This document shows, one piece after another, positions 50,150 to 61,804 of a DNA stretch of 64,000 bases (positions within the stretch are counted from its first letter, which is position 1; the number at the start of each line of letters is the position of its first letter). Source of the stretch: Squalus acanthias (lineage: Eukaryota); the NCBI GenBank assembly GCA_030390025.1, contig CM059430.1:158968001-159032000 (forward strand). Direction: 5' to 3'. The notes below the pieces were generated by a model, which did no database searches, had not been told where the DNA came from, and saw only the letters and a program-made list of their open reading frames with translations. The position numbers and the translations under genes are program-made.

Positions 50150-51125
50150 TCCTGTCGCTCAGTCATGCCACTTTTCACTTCCCCTCTCCTGGTACTTTGA
50201 ACCTGCAATCATCACCCAACCCATCACTACTCCTCTACTTTGCTACTCTGCTGCTATCGTTCCAGGCTTGAATGTCCCTTTGATAATCCTCTTCACTGCC
50301 TATGAGCAACAACCCAAACTGTCCTATTCTTCTCTCTCCCATGCAGCATGACGACTGGGGGTTAACCTCACCAATCTCCTTCCCATCCCATTCATCCCAC
50401 CCACAAATGTTTCTTCCAGCAGGCCAACAATCACCACACCTCTCCACATTTTGCTCTAGAATGTCTGCTCACTCAAGAATAGGTTCCTTACCATCCATGA
50501 CATTGGATGATTGCTCAAACATCCTGATTTTACTCAAACTTGGCTCATGGGTGGAGACAACTTGCCCCTTACTGAAGCCTCCACAGGTAGCTGTTCCATC
50601 CAAACCAGCATGGTGGCGGTATGGCTGACATCATCAAATCACACCTTGGTCTCAGCCCTTAGTCCTCTGCTACCTTCTCCTCCTTCAATCAGCACACAAT
50701 GTCCCACTCCTCTCACCACTGGTTTGAAATCCTTGTTGTCTACTATCCACTCCACAACCACGCTCCCCCCAGCCCCCAACCCTGCCAAGCCTCAGTCAGA
50801 GTTGCTCACTGAGATATCCTCCCTCAGCCTCTGCACTAAGTATCTCGTCATCCTGGATGATTTCAATCTTCATCTCTACTTCCCTTGCCCTCTCTTCTCT
50901 GAATTCACTGACCATCTGTCCTCCCTAAGCTTCTCCCTTTAAATAATCTCTCCTATCCACATTTGTGGCCAACCCCCACTTGACACCAACTCCCGTGGCT
51001 TCTCTATTCCCATCACAGACAAGGCCATTACACTTCCTTATCTCCCTCATCACACACATCCCTCTACTCGCTTCCAACCCTACTTCCTTCTGTGTCCATC
51101 CCTGGAAAAAAATCTCCCAGATGTC
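50150..51125 (+). mobile_element. Old L2-type LINE, endonuclease-region relic
   Basis: C/T-rich + strand typical of L2, with decayed APE motifs TQTWLMGGD and LVILDDFNLHL in ORF 50511-50942. Confidence 0.6.
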
Positions 51126-51182
51126 TCGGTAAACAGAGTGAAAGTTATTAGGTGGTGACATCGCTTTAAGCTTGTATCATGA

Positions 51183-51275
51183 CAACAATAATAATTTGCA
51201 GTTATATAGTGCCTTCAACATAGTAAAAGCATCTCAAGGGGCAGCACAGGAGTGTTATCAGATAAAATTTGACAG
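51183..51275 (-). mobile_element. L2-type 3' tail fragment
   Basis: Reverse complement ends ...tttactatgttgaaggcactatataactgcaaattattattgttg. Confidence 0.5.
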
Positions 51276-51445
51276 AATTTTGTGGAGATAAATTGTGCAC
51301 AAATATTTCAATACGTTATGCATTCTTAATGAAACTGTGGAGGTGATCTATGGTCTGAGTACTTAGCAGTGACAGCATTTGTCCACAGAATCACCTTCTG
51401 ACTTAAAGTTCTTCTTGGCGAACAAAACAGTGTGAAATAATAAGA

Positions 51446-53846
51446 CTTTTTTTTTATTCGTTTATGGGATGTGGGCGTCGCTGGCAAGGCCAGCATTTAT
51501 TGCCCATCCCTAATTGCCCTTGAGAAGGTGGTGGTGAGCCGCCTTCTTGAACCGCTGCAGTCCATGTGGTGAAGGTGCTCCCACAGGGCTGTTAGGGAGG
51601 GAGTTCCAGGATTTTGACTCGGCGACGATGAAGGATCGGCCGATATACTTCCAAGTAGGGATGGTCTGTGACCTGGAGGGGAACTTGGAGGTGGTGGTGT
51701 TCCCATGCGCCTGCTGCCCTTGTCCTTCTAGGTGGAAGAGGTTGCGGGTTTGGGAGGTGCTGCCGAAGAAGCCTTGGTGAGTTGCTGCAGTGAATCTTGT
51801 AGATGGTATACACTGCAGCCACGGTACGCCGGTGGTGGAGGGAGTGAATGTTTAAAGTGGTGGATGGGGTGCCAATCAAGTGGGCTGCTTTGTCCTGGAT
51901 GGTGTTGAGTGTTGTTGGAGCTGCACTCATCCAGGCAAGTGGAGAGCATTCCATCACTTGTGCCTTGTAGATGGTGGAAAGATTTTGGGGAGTCAGGAGG
52001 TGAGACACTTGCCGCAGAATACCTAGCCTCTGACCTGCTCTTGTTGCCACAGTATTTATGTGGTTGGTCCAGTTAAGTTTCTGATCAATGGTGACCCCCA
52101 GGATGTTGATGGTGGGGGATTCGACGATGGTAATGCTGTTGAATGTCAAGGGGAGGTGATTATATTCACACTTGTTGGAGATAGTCATTGCCTGGCACTT
52201 CTGTGGCGCGAATGTTACTTGCCACTTATCAGCCCAAGCCTGAACGTCGTCCAGGTCTTGTTGCATGCGGGCATGGACTGCTTCATTATCTGTGGAGTTC
52301 TGAATGGCGCTAAACACTGTGCAGTCATCAGCGAACATCCCCATTTCTGACCTTATGTTGGAGGGAAGGTCTTTGATGAAGCAGCTGAAGATGGTTGGGC
52401 CTAGGACACTGCTCTGAGGAACTCCTGCAGCGATGTCCTGGGGTTGTGATGATTGACCTTCAACCACCACAACCATCTTCCTTTGTGCTAGATATGACTC
52501 CAGCCAGTAGAGCGTTTTCTCCCCGATTCCCATTGACTTCAGTTTTACTAGGGCTCCTTGATGCCATACTCGGTCAATTGCTGCCTTGATGTCAAGGACA
52601 GTCACTCTCACCTCACCTCTGGAATTCAGCTCCTTTGTCCATGTTTGGCCCAAGGCTGTAATGAGGTTGGGAGCCAAGTGGTCTTGACAGAACCCAAACT
52701 GGCATCAGTGAGCAGGTTATTGGTGAGTAAGTGCCGCTTGATAGCACTGTTGATGACACCTTCCATCACTTTGCTGATGATTGAGAGTAGACTGATGGGG
52801 CGGTAATTGGCCGGGTTGGATTTGTCCTGCTTTTGTGGGCAGGACATACCTTGGCAGTTTGTCACATCGTCGGACAGATGCCAGTGTTGTAGCTGTACTG
52901 GAACAGCTTGGCTAGAGGCACGGCTAGTTCTGGAGCACAAGTCTTCAGCACGATAGCCGGGATGTTGTCGGGGCCCATAGCCATTGCTGTATCCAGTGCG
53001 CTCAGCCGTTTCTTGATATCATGTGGAGTGAATTGAATTGGCTGTGATGGTGGGGACCTCAGGAGTAGCCGATATGGATCATCCACTCAGCACTTCTGGC
53101 TGAAGATGGTTGCAAACGCTTCAGCCTTGTCTTTTGCACTCATGTGCTGGGCTCCACCATCTTTGAGGATGGGGATATTCCTGGAGCCTCCTCCTCCCAT
53201 TAGTTGTTTAATGGTCCACCACCATTTACGACTGGATGTAGCAGGACTGCAGAGCTTTGATCTGATCCGTTGATTGTGGGATCGCTTAGCCCTGTCTATA
53301 GTATGCTGCTTCCGCTTTTTAGCATTCATGTAGTCCTGTGTTGCAGCTTCCCCAGGTTGGCACCTCATTTTTAGGTATGCCTGTTGCTGCTCCTGGCATG
53401 CTCCTCTACATGCCTTATTGAACCAGGGTTGGTCCCCTGGCTTGATGGTAATGGTAGAGTGAGGGATATGCCGGGCCATGAGGTTACAGATTGTGGTGGA
53501 AGACAATTCTGCTGCTGCTGATGGCCCACAGCGCCTCATGGATGCCCAGTTTTGAGCTGCTAGATCTGTTCTGAATCTATCCCATTTAGCACGGTGGTAA
53601 TGCCGCACAACACGATGGAGGGAGTCCTCAGTGTGAAGCCGGGACTTTGTTTCCACAATGACTGTGCGGTGGTCACTGCTACCAATACTGTCATGGACAG
53701 ATGCATCTGCGACAGGTAGATTGGTGAGGACGAGGTCAAGTAGGTTTTTCCCTCTTGTTGGTTCTCTCACCACCTGTTGCAGGCCCAGACTGGCAGTTAT
53801 ATCCTTCAGGACTCGACCAGCTTGGTCAGTAGTGGTGCTACCGAGA
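51446..53846 (-). mobile_element. LINE family 2 (CR1/L2 group), 5'-truncated, frameshifted
   Basis: ORFs 53087-53851, 52862-53086, 52626-52940 and 51592-52677 (NYRPISLLS, LDIKAA.DRVWHQG, MFADDC), with an A-rich tail. Confidence 0.93.
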
Positions 53847-54644
53847 TGCAATAAAGTCTTGAGTAAGGCAAAGGATGTATGTAGATAAAATGGAACTTCA
53901 AGAATGTACTACTCAGAAAATTACTCAAAAAGATTAGACAAAGAGAACCAATGCATTGGAGACTCATTAAAAAATATTTCAAGGACTTGAAAATACTTTA
54001 CAATGAATTCAATGTCCATAAATTCTTGAAAAGAAATTGTGAACGGAGTTATTCCAAGGGCATTTTTTTCTTGCATTCTTTTGTTGCAATTCTCAACATA
54101 CAACAGCTTACAACAAAGAAAAGTATTGAATGCATCAACTAAAACTTAATAGCAAGCTATGAAAACTGCAATAGTGACCTGGAAAAGAGTGGGTTGTAGA
54201 GTTGATTCGATTGTCTAACATTCCCATAGCAACAGATTTTAAACTCTGAATGAACGTGCCATTGTACAACATATGCTGCTCGTGTCATGAGGGGATTTTG
54301 ACACTTTGGTTTTCCACTACAAATCGGCAATGTCTAATGGATACTGTGTGTTATGTATTTGCATTTGTTTCGCTCCTTCCTCTACAGCCTCTCTCTATTT
54401 ACCTCAGTTAGACGTGGGAGCCAGCGGAGTGTGATTAAAAACAACTTTTATTTGCCAGTGAGCAATTTCATCGACTCAGCCAGACTGCAATTATCGAATA
54501 AGCAGACCATTGGAAGACAGGCATTTTCTCAGAAAACAAAAAAGTCAGAGATATTAAATAATGTGCCGTACAATTTTTTCATGCTTCCTGTATGTTTGGA
54601 GGCATAAAGTATAACATTGTGAACAAAATTAAGACAAATTATAA

Positions 54645-57600
54645 GACATAGAAAATAGGTGCAGGAGTAGACCATTCGGTCCTTCGAGCCTGCACCGCCA
54701 TTTAATGCGTTCATGGCTGAACATGCTACCTCAGTACCCCATTCCTGCTTTCTCGCCATACCCCTTGATCCCCCTAGTTGTGAGTATTATATCTAACTCC
54801 CTTTTGAATATATTTAGCGAACTGGCCTCAACAACCTTCTGTGGTAGAGAATTCCACAGATTCACCACTCTCTGGGTGAAGAAGTTCCTCCTCATCTCAG
54901 TCTTAAATGGCTTCCCCTTTATCCTTAGACTGTGACCCCTGGTTTTAGTTTTCCCTAACATTGGAAACATTCTGCCCGCATCTAATTTGTCTAAACCAGT
55001 CAGGATTTTAAACGTCTCTATAAGATCCCCCCTCATTCTTCTGAACTCCAGAGGATACAAGTTCAGTTGATCCAGTCTTTCTTGATATGTCAGTCTGGCC
55101 ATCCCAGGAATCAATCTAGTGAACCTTCGTTGCACTCCCTCAATAGCAAGAATGTCCTTCCTCAAGTTAGGAGACCAAAATTGCACACAATACTCCAGGT
55201 GTGGCCTCACCAAGGCCCTGTACAACTGTAGCATCACCTCCCTACTCCTGGACTCAAATCCCCTTGCTATGAATGCCATCATGCCATTTGCTTTCTTGAC
55301 TGCCTGCTGCACTTGCCTTCCCACCTTCAGTGACTGATGTACCATGACGCCCAGGTCTTGTTGCACCTCCCCTTTCCCTAATCTGCCACCATTCAGGTAA
55401 TAGTCTGCCTCCCTATTTTTACCACCAAAGTGGATAACCTCACATTTATCCACATTGTACTTCATCTGCCATACATTTGCCCATTCACCCAACCTGTCCA
55501 AGTCACTCTGTAGCCTCCTAGCATCCTCCTCATTGTTCACACTGCCTCCCAATTTAGTGTCATCCACAAATTTGGAGATATTACAATTAATCCCTTCGTC
55601 CAAATCATTAATATATAATGTAAACAGCTGGGGCCCCAGCACCGAACCCTGCGGTACCCCGCTGGTCACTGCCTGCCATTCTGAAAAGTACCCATTTACT
55701 CCTACTCTTTGTTTCCTGTGTGCCAACCAGTTCTCAATCCACGTCAACACATTACCCCCAATCCCATGTGCTTTAACTTTGCACACCAATCTCTTGTGTG
55801 GGACCTTGTCGAAGGCCTTCTGAAAGTCCAAATACACCACATCTACTGGTTCCCCCCCGTCCACCCTATTGGAAACATCCTCAAAAAATTCCAGAAGATT
55901 TGTCAAGCATGATTTCCCTTTCACAAATCCATGCTGACTTGGACCTATCATGTCGCCACTTTCCAAATGGTCTGTTATGACATCTTTAATAATTGATTCC
56001 ATCATTTTACCCACCACCGATGTCAGGCTGACCGGTCTATAATTCCCTGCTTTCTCCCTCCCTCCTTTTTTAAAAAGAGGGGTTACATTAGCCACCCTCC
56101 ACTCCTTCGGAACTGATCCAGAGTCTAAGAAATGTTGGAAAATGATCGTCAATGCATCCACTATTTCCAAGGCCACCTCCTTAAGTACTCTGGGATGCAG
56201 ACCATCAGGCCCTGGGGATTTATCAGCCTTCAGTCCCATCAATTTCCCCAACACCTTTTCCCGACTGATAAGGATTTCCCTCAGCTCCTCCCTCTTACCA
56301 GATCCTTTGATCTCTTTTATTTCCGGAAGGTTGTTTGTGTCCTCCACAGTAAACACCGAACCAAAGTACTTGTTCAATTGATCTGCCATTTCTTTGTTCC
56401 CCATTATGACTTCCCCTGTTTCTGACTGCAGGGGACCTACGTTTGTTTTTACTAACCTCTTTCTTTTTACATATTTATAGAAGCTTTTGCAGTCCGTTTT
56501 AATGTTCTCCGCAAGCTTCCTTTCATATTTTATTTTCCCTGCCCTAATCAAACCCTTCGTCCTCCTCTGCTGAGTTTTAAAGTTCTCCCAGTCCTCGGGT
56601 TTGCTGCTACTTCTGGCCAATTTGTATGCCACTTCCTTGCTTTTAATACTATCCCTGATTTCCCTTGTTAGCCATGGTTGAGCCACCTTCCCTTTTTTAT
56701 TTTTACGCTAGACAGGGATGTACAATTGCTGTAGTTCATCCATGCGATCTCTAAATGTCTGCCATTGCCCTTCCACTGATAACTCCTTAAATATCGCTTG
56801 CCAATCTAACCTCGCCAATTCACGCCTCATAGCCTCAAAGTTGCCCTTATTTAAGTTCTGGACCATGGTCTCTGAATTAACTGTTTCCTTCTCCATCCTA
56901 ATGTAGAACTCCACCATACTATGGTCACTCTTCCCCAAGGGGCCTCGCACCACAAGATTGCTGATTAGTCCTTCCTCATTACACAACACCCAGTCCAGGA
57001 TGGCCTCCCCTCTAGTTGGTTCCTCAACATATTGGTTTAGGAAACCATCCCTTAAACACTCCAGGAAATCCTCCTCCACCGTATTGCTTCCAGTTTGAGT
57101 AGCCCAATCTATATGCATATTAAAGTCACCCATGATAACTGCTGCGTCTTTTCTGCATGCACCTCTGATTTCCTGTTTCATACCCTCCCCCACCTCACTA
57201 CTACTGTTTGGAGGTCTGTACACAACCCCCACTAACGTTTTCTGCCCTTTGGTGTTCTGCAGCTCAACCCATATTGATTCCACATCCTCCAAGCTAATGT
57301 CCTTCCTAGCTATTGCATTAATCTCCTTTTTAACCAGCAATGCTACCCCACCCCCTTTTCCTTTTATTCTATCCTTCCTGAATGTTGAATACCCCTGGAT
57401 ATTCAGTTCCCAGCCTTGATTGTTCTGGAGCCACGTCTCTGTAATCCCAATCACATCATATCCGTTAACATCAATTTGCACAGTCAATTCATCCACCTTA
57501 TTACGGATACTCCTTGCATTAAGACACAGAGCCTTTAGGCTTGTTTTATTAACACCCTTTGTCCTTTTAGACTTATGATTTAGTATGGCCCTTTGTGTTT

Positions 57601-57782
57601 CTTGCCTTTGTTTACTCGGATTTCCCTTATTGTTTCTCACCCTTCTAACATTTGTTTCTGACTGCATATTACTTCCCTCTGTTTTGCTACATAGGTTCCC
57701 ATTCCCCTGCCATATTAGTTTAAATCCTCCCGAACTGCCTTAGCAAATATTACCCCGAGGACATCGGTTCCAGTCCTGACCT
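54645..57782 (-). mobile_element. CR1 LINE with a full-length ORF2 and the end of ORF1
   Basis: ORF1 C-terminus RTGTDVLGVIFAKAVREDLN* (TAA at 57715-57717), complete APE and RT domains, and a 3' tail. Confidence 0.97.
54731..57667 (-). pseudogene. CR1 ORF2 (about 980 codons) with a single in-frame stop
   Basis: The 319-aa and 651-aa ORFs are in the same frame, separated only by TAG at 56708-56710. The RT motif reads FVDD instead of FADD. Confidence 0.93.
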
Positions 57783-58408
57783 TTCAGAGAGAAAATCAAT
57801 CTAGCAGGCTTACCTACAATTATCAACTCAGCAGCCCATGAGACAATGGGTTTTGATAGTGAGAATCAAAATACCAAAACTTAGGAAATTATTAAACTAA
57901 GTTGCATCTTTCCTTTTCCACTGAACAGCACTGCAACAGACTTATTGGTCTAAAAAAAACCTCCTGCTTGTATACTATTTCTAAATTCAGGACATATTAG
58001 AATCAGTAATGATTTCTCTGCTGGTTTTGTTTCTGTGTTCTCCCTCAGATAGACATAAATAAGAGAGATTCATCTGTTCCCAGCTACTTCAAAAATACCA
58101 CCAAATAAACAAGTAATAGATTTTGATTTCCTCCTCTCTATTTGCAGATGTTGACATTCCACAGGTGTTTATAGCACCCAAGTATGAGCCTGGTCTGCAA
58201 ATATTAACAGGATATTTAATTGTGCTCAACTGATCCTGATCCTGTCGTTATCTGTTGCATACGCAAACCTCCAGCAAAGGCCATTGAATAGCAATGAAGA
58301 GCAAGACCATTGGACAATTTTTCAGCAGCATTGCCCAAAGACTCTAAGCCCAGTTGACTGAAACCAGCCAACTCAAATGAAGAAAAAGGCTGAATTTGGA
58401 GACTCTTT

Positions 58409-59149
58409 GGGCTGGATTTTGAATGACCTGTGGAGTCGGGTTTGGAGGCGTGTGGGGGATTAAGTAGCAGATTCGGGGGTCCCGACCCTATCCCGACTCC
58501 AACACACCTCCACGCAATTTTGACAAAATGGGTCACGGGGTTCCCGACTCCGTCCCGACTCCAAGAGGCGCGAGAGGCCATTAACGCTCTTAACTATCCC
58601 TAAATTAGCTCTGTAATGCCATTTTGAAACGTTTTAGCTAGTTTAACCCTTTTCCGACATGAAGTACGCCTGATGTGAAACACGCCAGTGAAACCTGGTG
58701 GGAGCACAAGTGGATAGCTGACTATCAGCTGCAGGTCTACTATTACAACGGGGATGTGATGAAGGTAGTAGTAGTATTAGGTCTGAAAGTCGCCTCTGAT
58801 GCTGCTGCATTGAATGTCTTCAGAGACTGCCTGGCCTTTGCTGTGAGAGGACCTGGATGCAAAAAAATTCTCTCTCTCTCTCTCTGAGATGCTGCTCATT
58901 TTGCATCCAGGTCCTCTCACACCAAAAGCCAGGCAGTCTCTGAGACCAGGCAGACCTGCAATGATGACATCATCAGAGGCGACTTTCAGACTCAAACCAC
59001 TAATTGGTTCATGGGTTCCCACATGCTGGAACTCAATTACCCAATTAAGTGAAAATTGCATCATTCAGCCACATTAATCTGGAGTCGGGGAGGCAACACA
59101 AAATGTGAGTAACATGACCCCAACCCAACCCCAAGACAAAATCCAGCCC
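58409..59149. mobile_element. Harbinger-type MITE containing a long internal palindrome
   Basis: Perfect 12-bp TIRs GGGCTGGATTTT / AAAATCCAGCCC; flanks ttt / att. Confidence 0.8.
58781..58991. repeat. Long inverted repeat (fold-back) with a (CT)n loop
   Basis: Perfect 21-bp outer arms GTCTGAAAGTCGCCTCTGATG / CATCAGAGGCGACTTTCAGAC, and 45-bp inner arms with 2 mismatches. Confidence 0.92.
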
Positions 59150-59502
59150 ATTATTTTTATAGCTCACATCACAGCATAAACCCACTGCGCGATTACAGTA
59201 GCTGCACAGCCCAGTCCTGGGTCTTAAATCACGACAACAATTGCCATCAAGATATTTGGTGGAAGTCTTTCTGTGTTGAGGAGGTGATTCCAGTGGTGTC
59301 TGTTAATAAAAGGTAACTATGAGGAGTGGAAGGTATGCCACTGAAGATTAGGTCAACCCTTAGCCAGGGTCATTTTCATTGCTATCATCTGACTACTGCC
59401 AACCTTAATCTTAGATGCTGATCCATTCTCCACTGCTTCCTTGAGGTTCAGTGGCAACTGCCTACTACAAGAGCTAGAGTGAGGTAAAATCTGAAACACA
59501 TT

Positions 59503-60139
59503 GGGGGCGAAATTCGCCTCCTTTGCGCCCGCCGTTAGGGATTGCATGGGTCGCTAACGGGACGCAAAGGGCTTATTGCCTGTGCGGGGGTAGCGCCCAC
59601 CGAGAAGTTCGGCGGGGTGCTACTGAGGCACTAGCCGATAACGCCGCACCCCCGCCGGTAGTGCCCTGTGCCGCTGCGCCACCGGCGATGACGTCATAGC
59701 CGAGCGACACAACCCCTTAGTGCCCAGTGGCCGAAATTCGGCTGCGCCCCATGAGGCTGCCACAGGTGATGTCAGCGACAGCCTTGCGGGTCGCAAGCTG
59801 GGCCGCGCACTGCTGGCAGGACGCTAATTAAAGGGACATTTTTTATTTTGGCCGACCTGGTGGGCGAGTGGAGGCCGTCAAACGGCCTGCAGAGTGCGCA
59901 GTGGCCGTCCCCTTTTATGGAAGGGGAGGGGCACTGAAACGCGTCAGCGCTACGTGGCGTGGCCGCGTAGCGCTCTGGCACGACCGCGCTTTGCGCCCCA
60001 CGTACCGCACAGAAAGGAAGTGGAGTGCCTGAGATAGCGCTCCACTTCCTCAGTGTGGCGGAACTCCCGTCCCGAGCGCTAAATGTGAGGCGCTAATTCG
60101 GTTACCGCCACTTATGGGGCGTAAATGAATTTCACCCCC
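59503..60139. mobile_element. Harbinger-type MITE (TAGCGC family)
   Basis: TIRs GGGGGCGAAATTC / GAATTTCACCCCC, flanks att / ata, colinear with 46590-47313. Confidence 0.85.
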
Positions 60140-60484
60140 ATAAAATGAAGGAAATAAGTGAAAACCCCATTAACAGTTAACACTAGAGGAACAATCCAAG
60201 TCAATTTTTTGTTTATTCAAAAGGAGAAGCCAGATGAAAACCATCGGCCAATCTTCCTCTCCTGGAGCTGTCTGGAAGCAACTAATCATGGGCACATTGG
60301 AAATTCACTCAACCAGGACTTGGCGTTGAGTGCCCAAACGTGTCCTCGGGTCTCATTTAAATAAAGGAGGCACAACGTGGGGGCACACTTATAGCTACAA
60401 AGCCAGAAGAGGTAATCTGGGCACATTCTGGCCTTTAAAGGCACCAGAACTACTGAAGGGGTCGGCACAGTTAAAGCCCCATAG

Positions 60485-60682
60485 GTAGTGTCAGTCTAGG
60501 TTTATGTATGAAGAATGACCACTTAAGTGAAGCATCATAGGGCAGCCTGTACTTATAGGACCGTACCCCAGCAAGAGTCAGTACCTCCAGTAAAAAATAG
60601 TGAATGGCTCTTCCGAAAAGTCGACACAGACATGATGGACTGAATGGCCTCCTTCTGTGCTGCATGTTTCTACGATTTTATG
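60485..60682 (+). mobile_element. AmnSINE2-like tail followed by a CR1 tail fragment
   Basis: atgaagaatgaccactt...ccgtaccccagcaagagtcag, then gatggactgaatggcctccttctgtgctg. Confidence 0.6.
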
Positions 60683-61189
60683 AAAAAAGATAGCATGCGC
60701 GATAGGGTATTGAGCTAGAAGTAATGGAAGCACAAAGTAACTGGAACACACAGTTGGCATATCAGGCAAAATAAATGCAACAATATCTTTACATCAAAAA
60801 ATATTTTTGTGGAACACAGTTTTGATTTAGAAAAATCTATTTTTCTATTTTTCTCTTTTCTATAAAATTGCCTTTGTTTCATTTATTCTTCCCTCCATCT
60901 TGTTAATCTTATTTTCTCTTCTTTTGTCAAGCCTTTTATTTTTATTTCTATCTCAGCCTTTATGCTGCCCTTTCCTTGTCTTATTTTCTGACTTTTTTTC
61001 TTCCCCTCAGATTCATTTTACAGAAAATCATTGCAAGATCAGTGTAAAACCTTACGGAGAGAGATAGAAATCTTACAACCACTAGCACTGACTGATAACC
61101 TGCTGCTAGGTTAGTGATCAGAGAGCTTAGGAAAACTCGGATGGAGCACTTACAGCCCCGTAAGCACAATTCACTATGGATAGAGAAGT

Positions 61190-61500
61190 CAAAACCCCAG
61201 AGCAGAGCTCAGGCAGGAATCAGAGACAGGATAGCATAAGAAAGCTCGGACAGAAAGAAACACTGCCAAAAGAAAGATTGAAGATCTAGGATGAATTCAG
61301 ACAGAACAAGATACAGCAGGAGGGATATCAAAGAGCTGGGACAGATTGAGAGAAAAGTTGGGACACAATGAGACACAACCAGAGATCAAGAGAGTTGAAA
61401 CAGATGGAGAGAGAAATGGGACAAAGCATGAGACAACTAGAAAATGTATCAAAGAGCAAGGCAGGCTAAGACAACCAGGAGCGATAGGCAAGGCAAACAC
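61190..61500. repeat. GA-rich low-complexity tract
   Basis: Purine-rich AGAG/GACA repeats on the + strand. Confidence 0.65.
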
Positions 61501-61804
61501 ATATGTATGTTTAAAATTACTTGGTAATTTTTTTCTGTTGTCACATATCCCACAATCAGTTCTTTGAAATAGGTTCCCCATCCTACAATTGTGTGTGTCA
61601 TTTTAACTTTCATGTTATTAAAAGGACACTAACACTCTTCATATTATGAACTAATATTTCAAACATTTAACCTTCCTATTTAGAAATTATTTATAGTTGG
61701 AAATTACTTTCACTCAGTACACAGGGCATTTTTCTCAAAGTTTTTTGACAAGTCTGTACAGTATCAATCGTTCCTTTCTTATTGCATGAGACTTAAAAGC
61801 CAGA

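Noticed and set aside
34683-56425. Antisense ORFs overlapping LINE ORFs (for example 35151-35555 and 55455-55823)
   Set aside because: They are shadow frames of CR1 coding sequence.
58148-58360. + strand exon or signal-peptide-like stretch (DVDIPQVFIAPK; QLILILSLSVAYA)
   Set aside because: The acceptor is good, but there is no convincing donor, no in-frame start codon and no recognisable homology.
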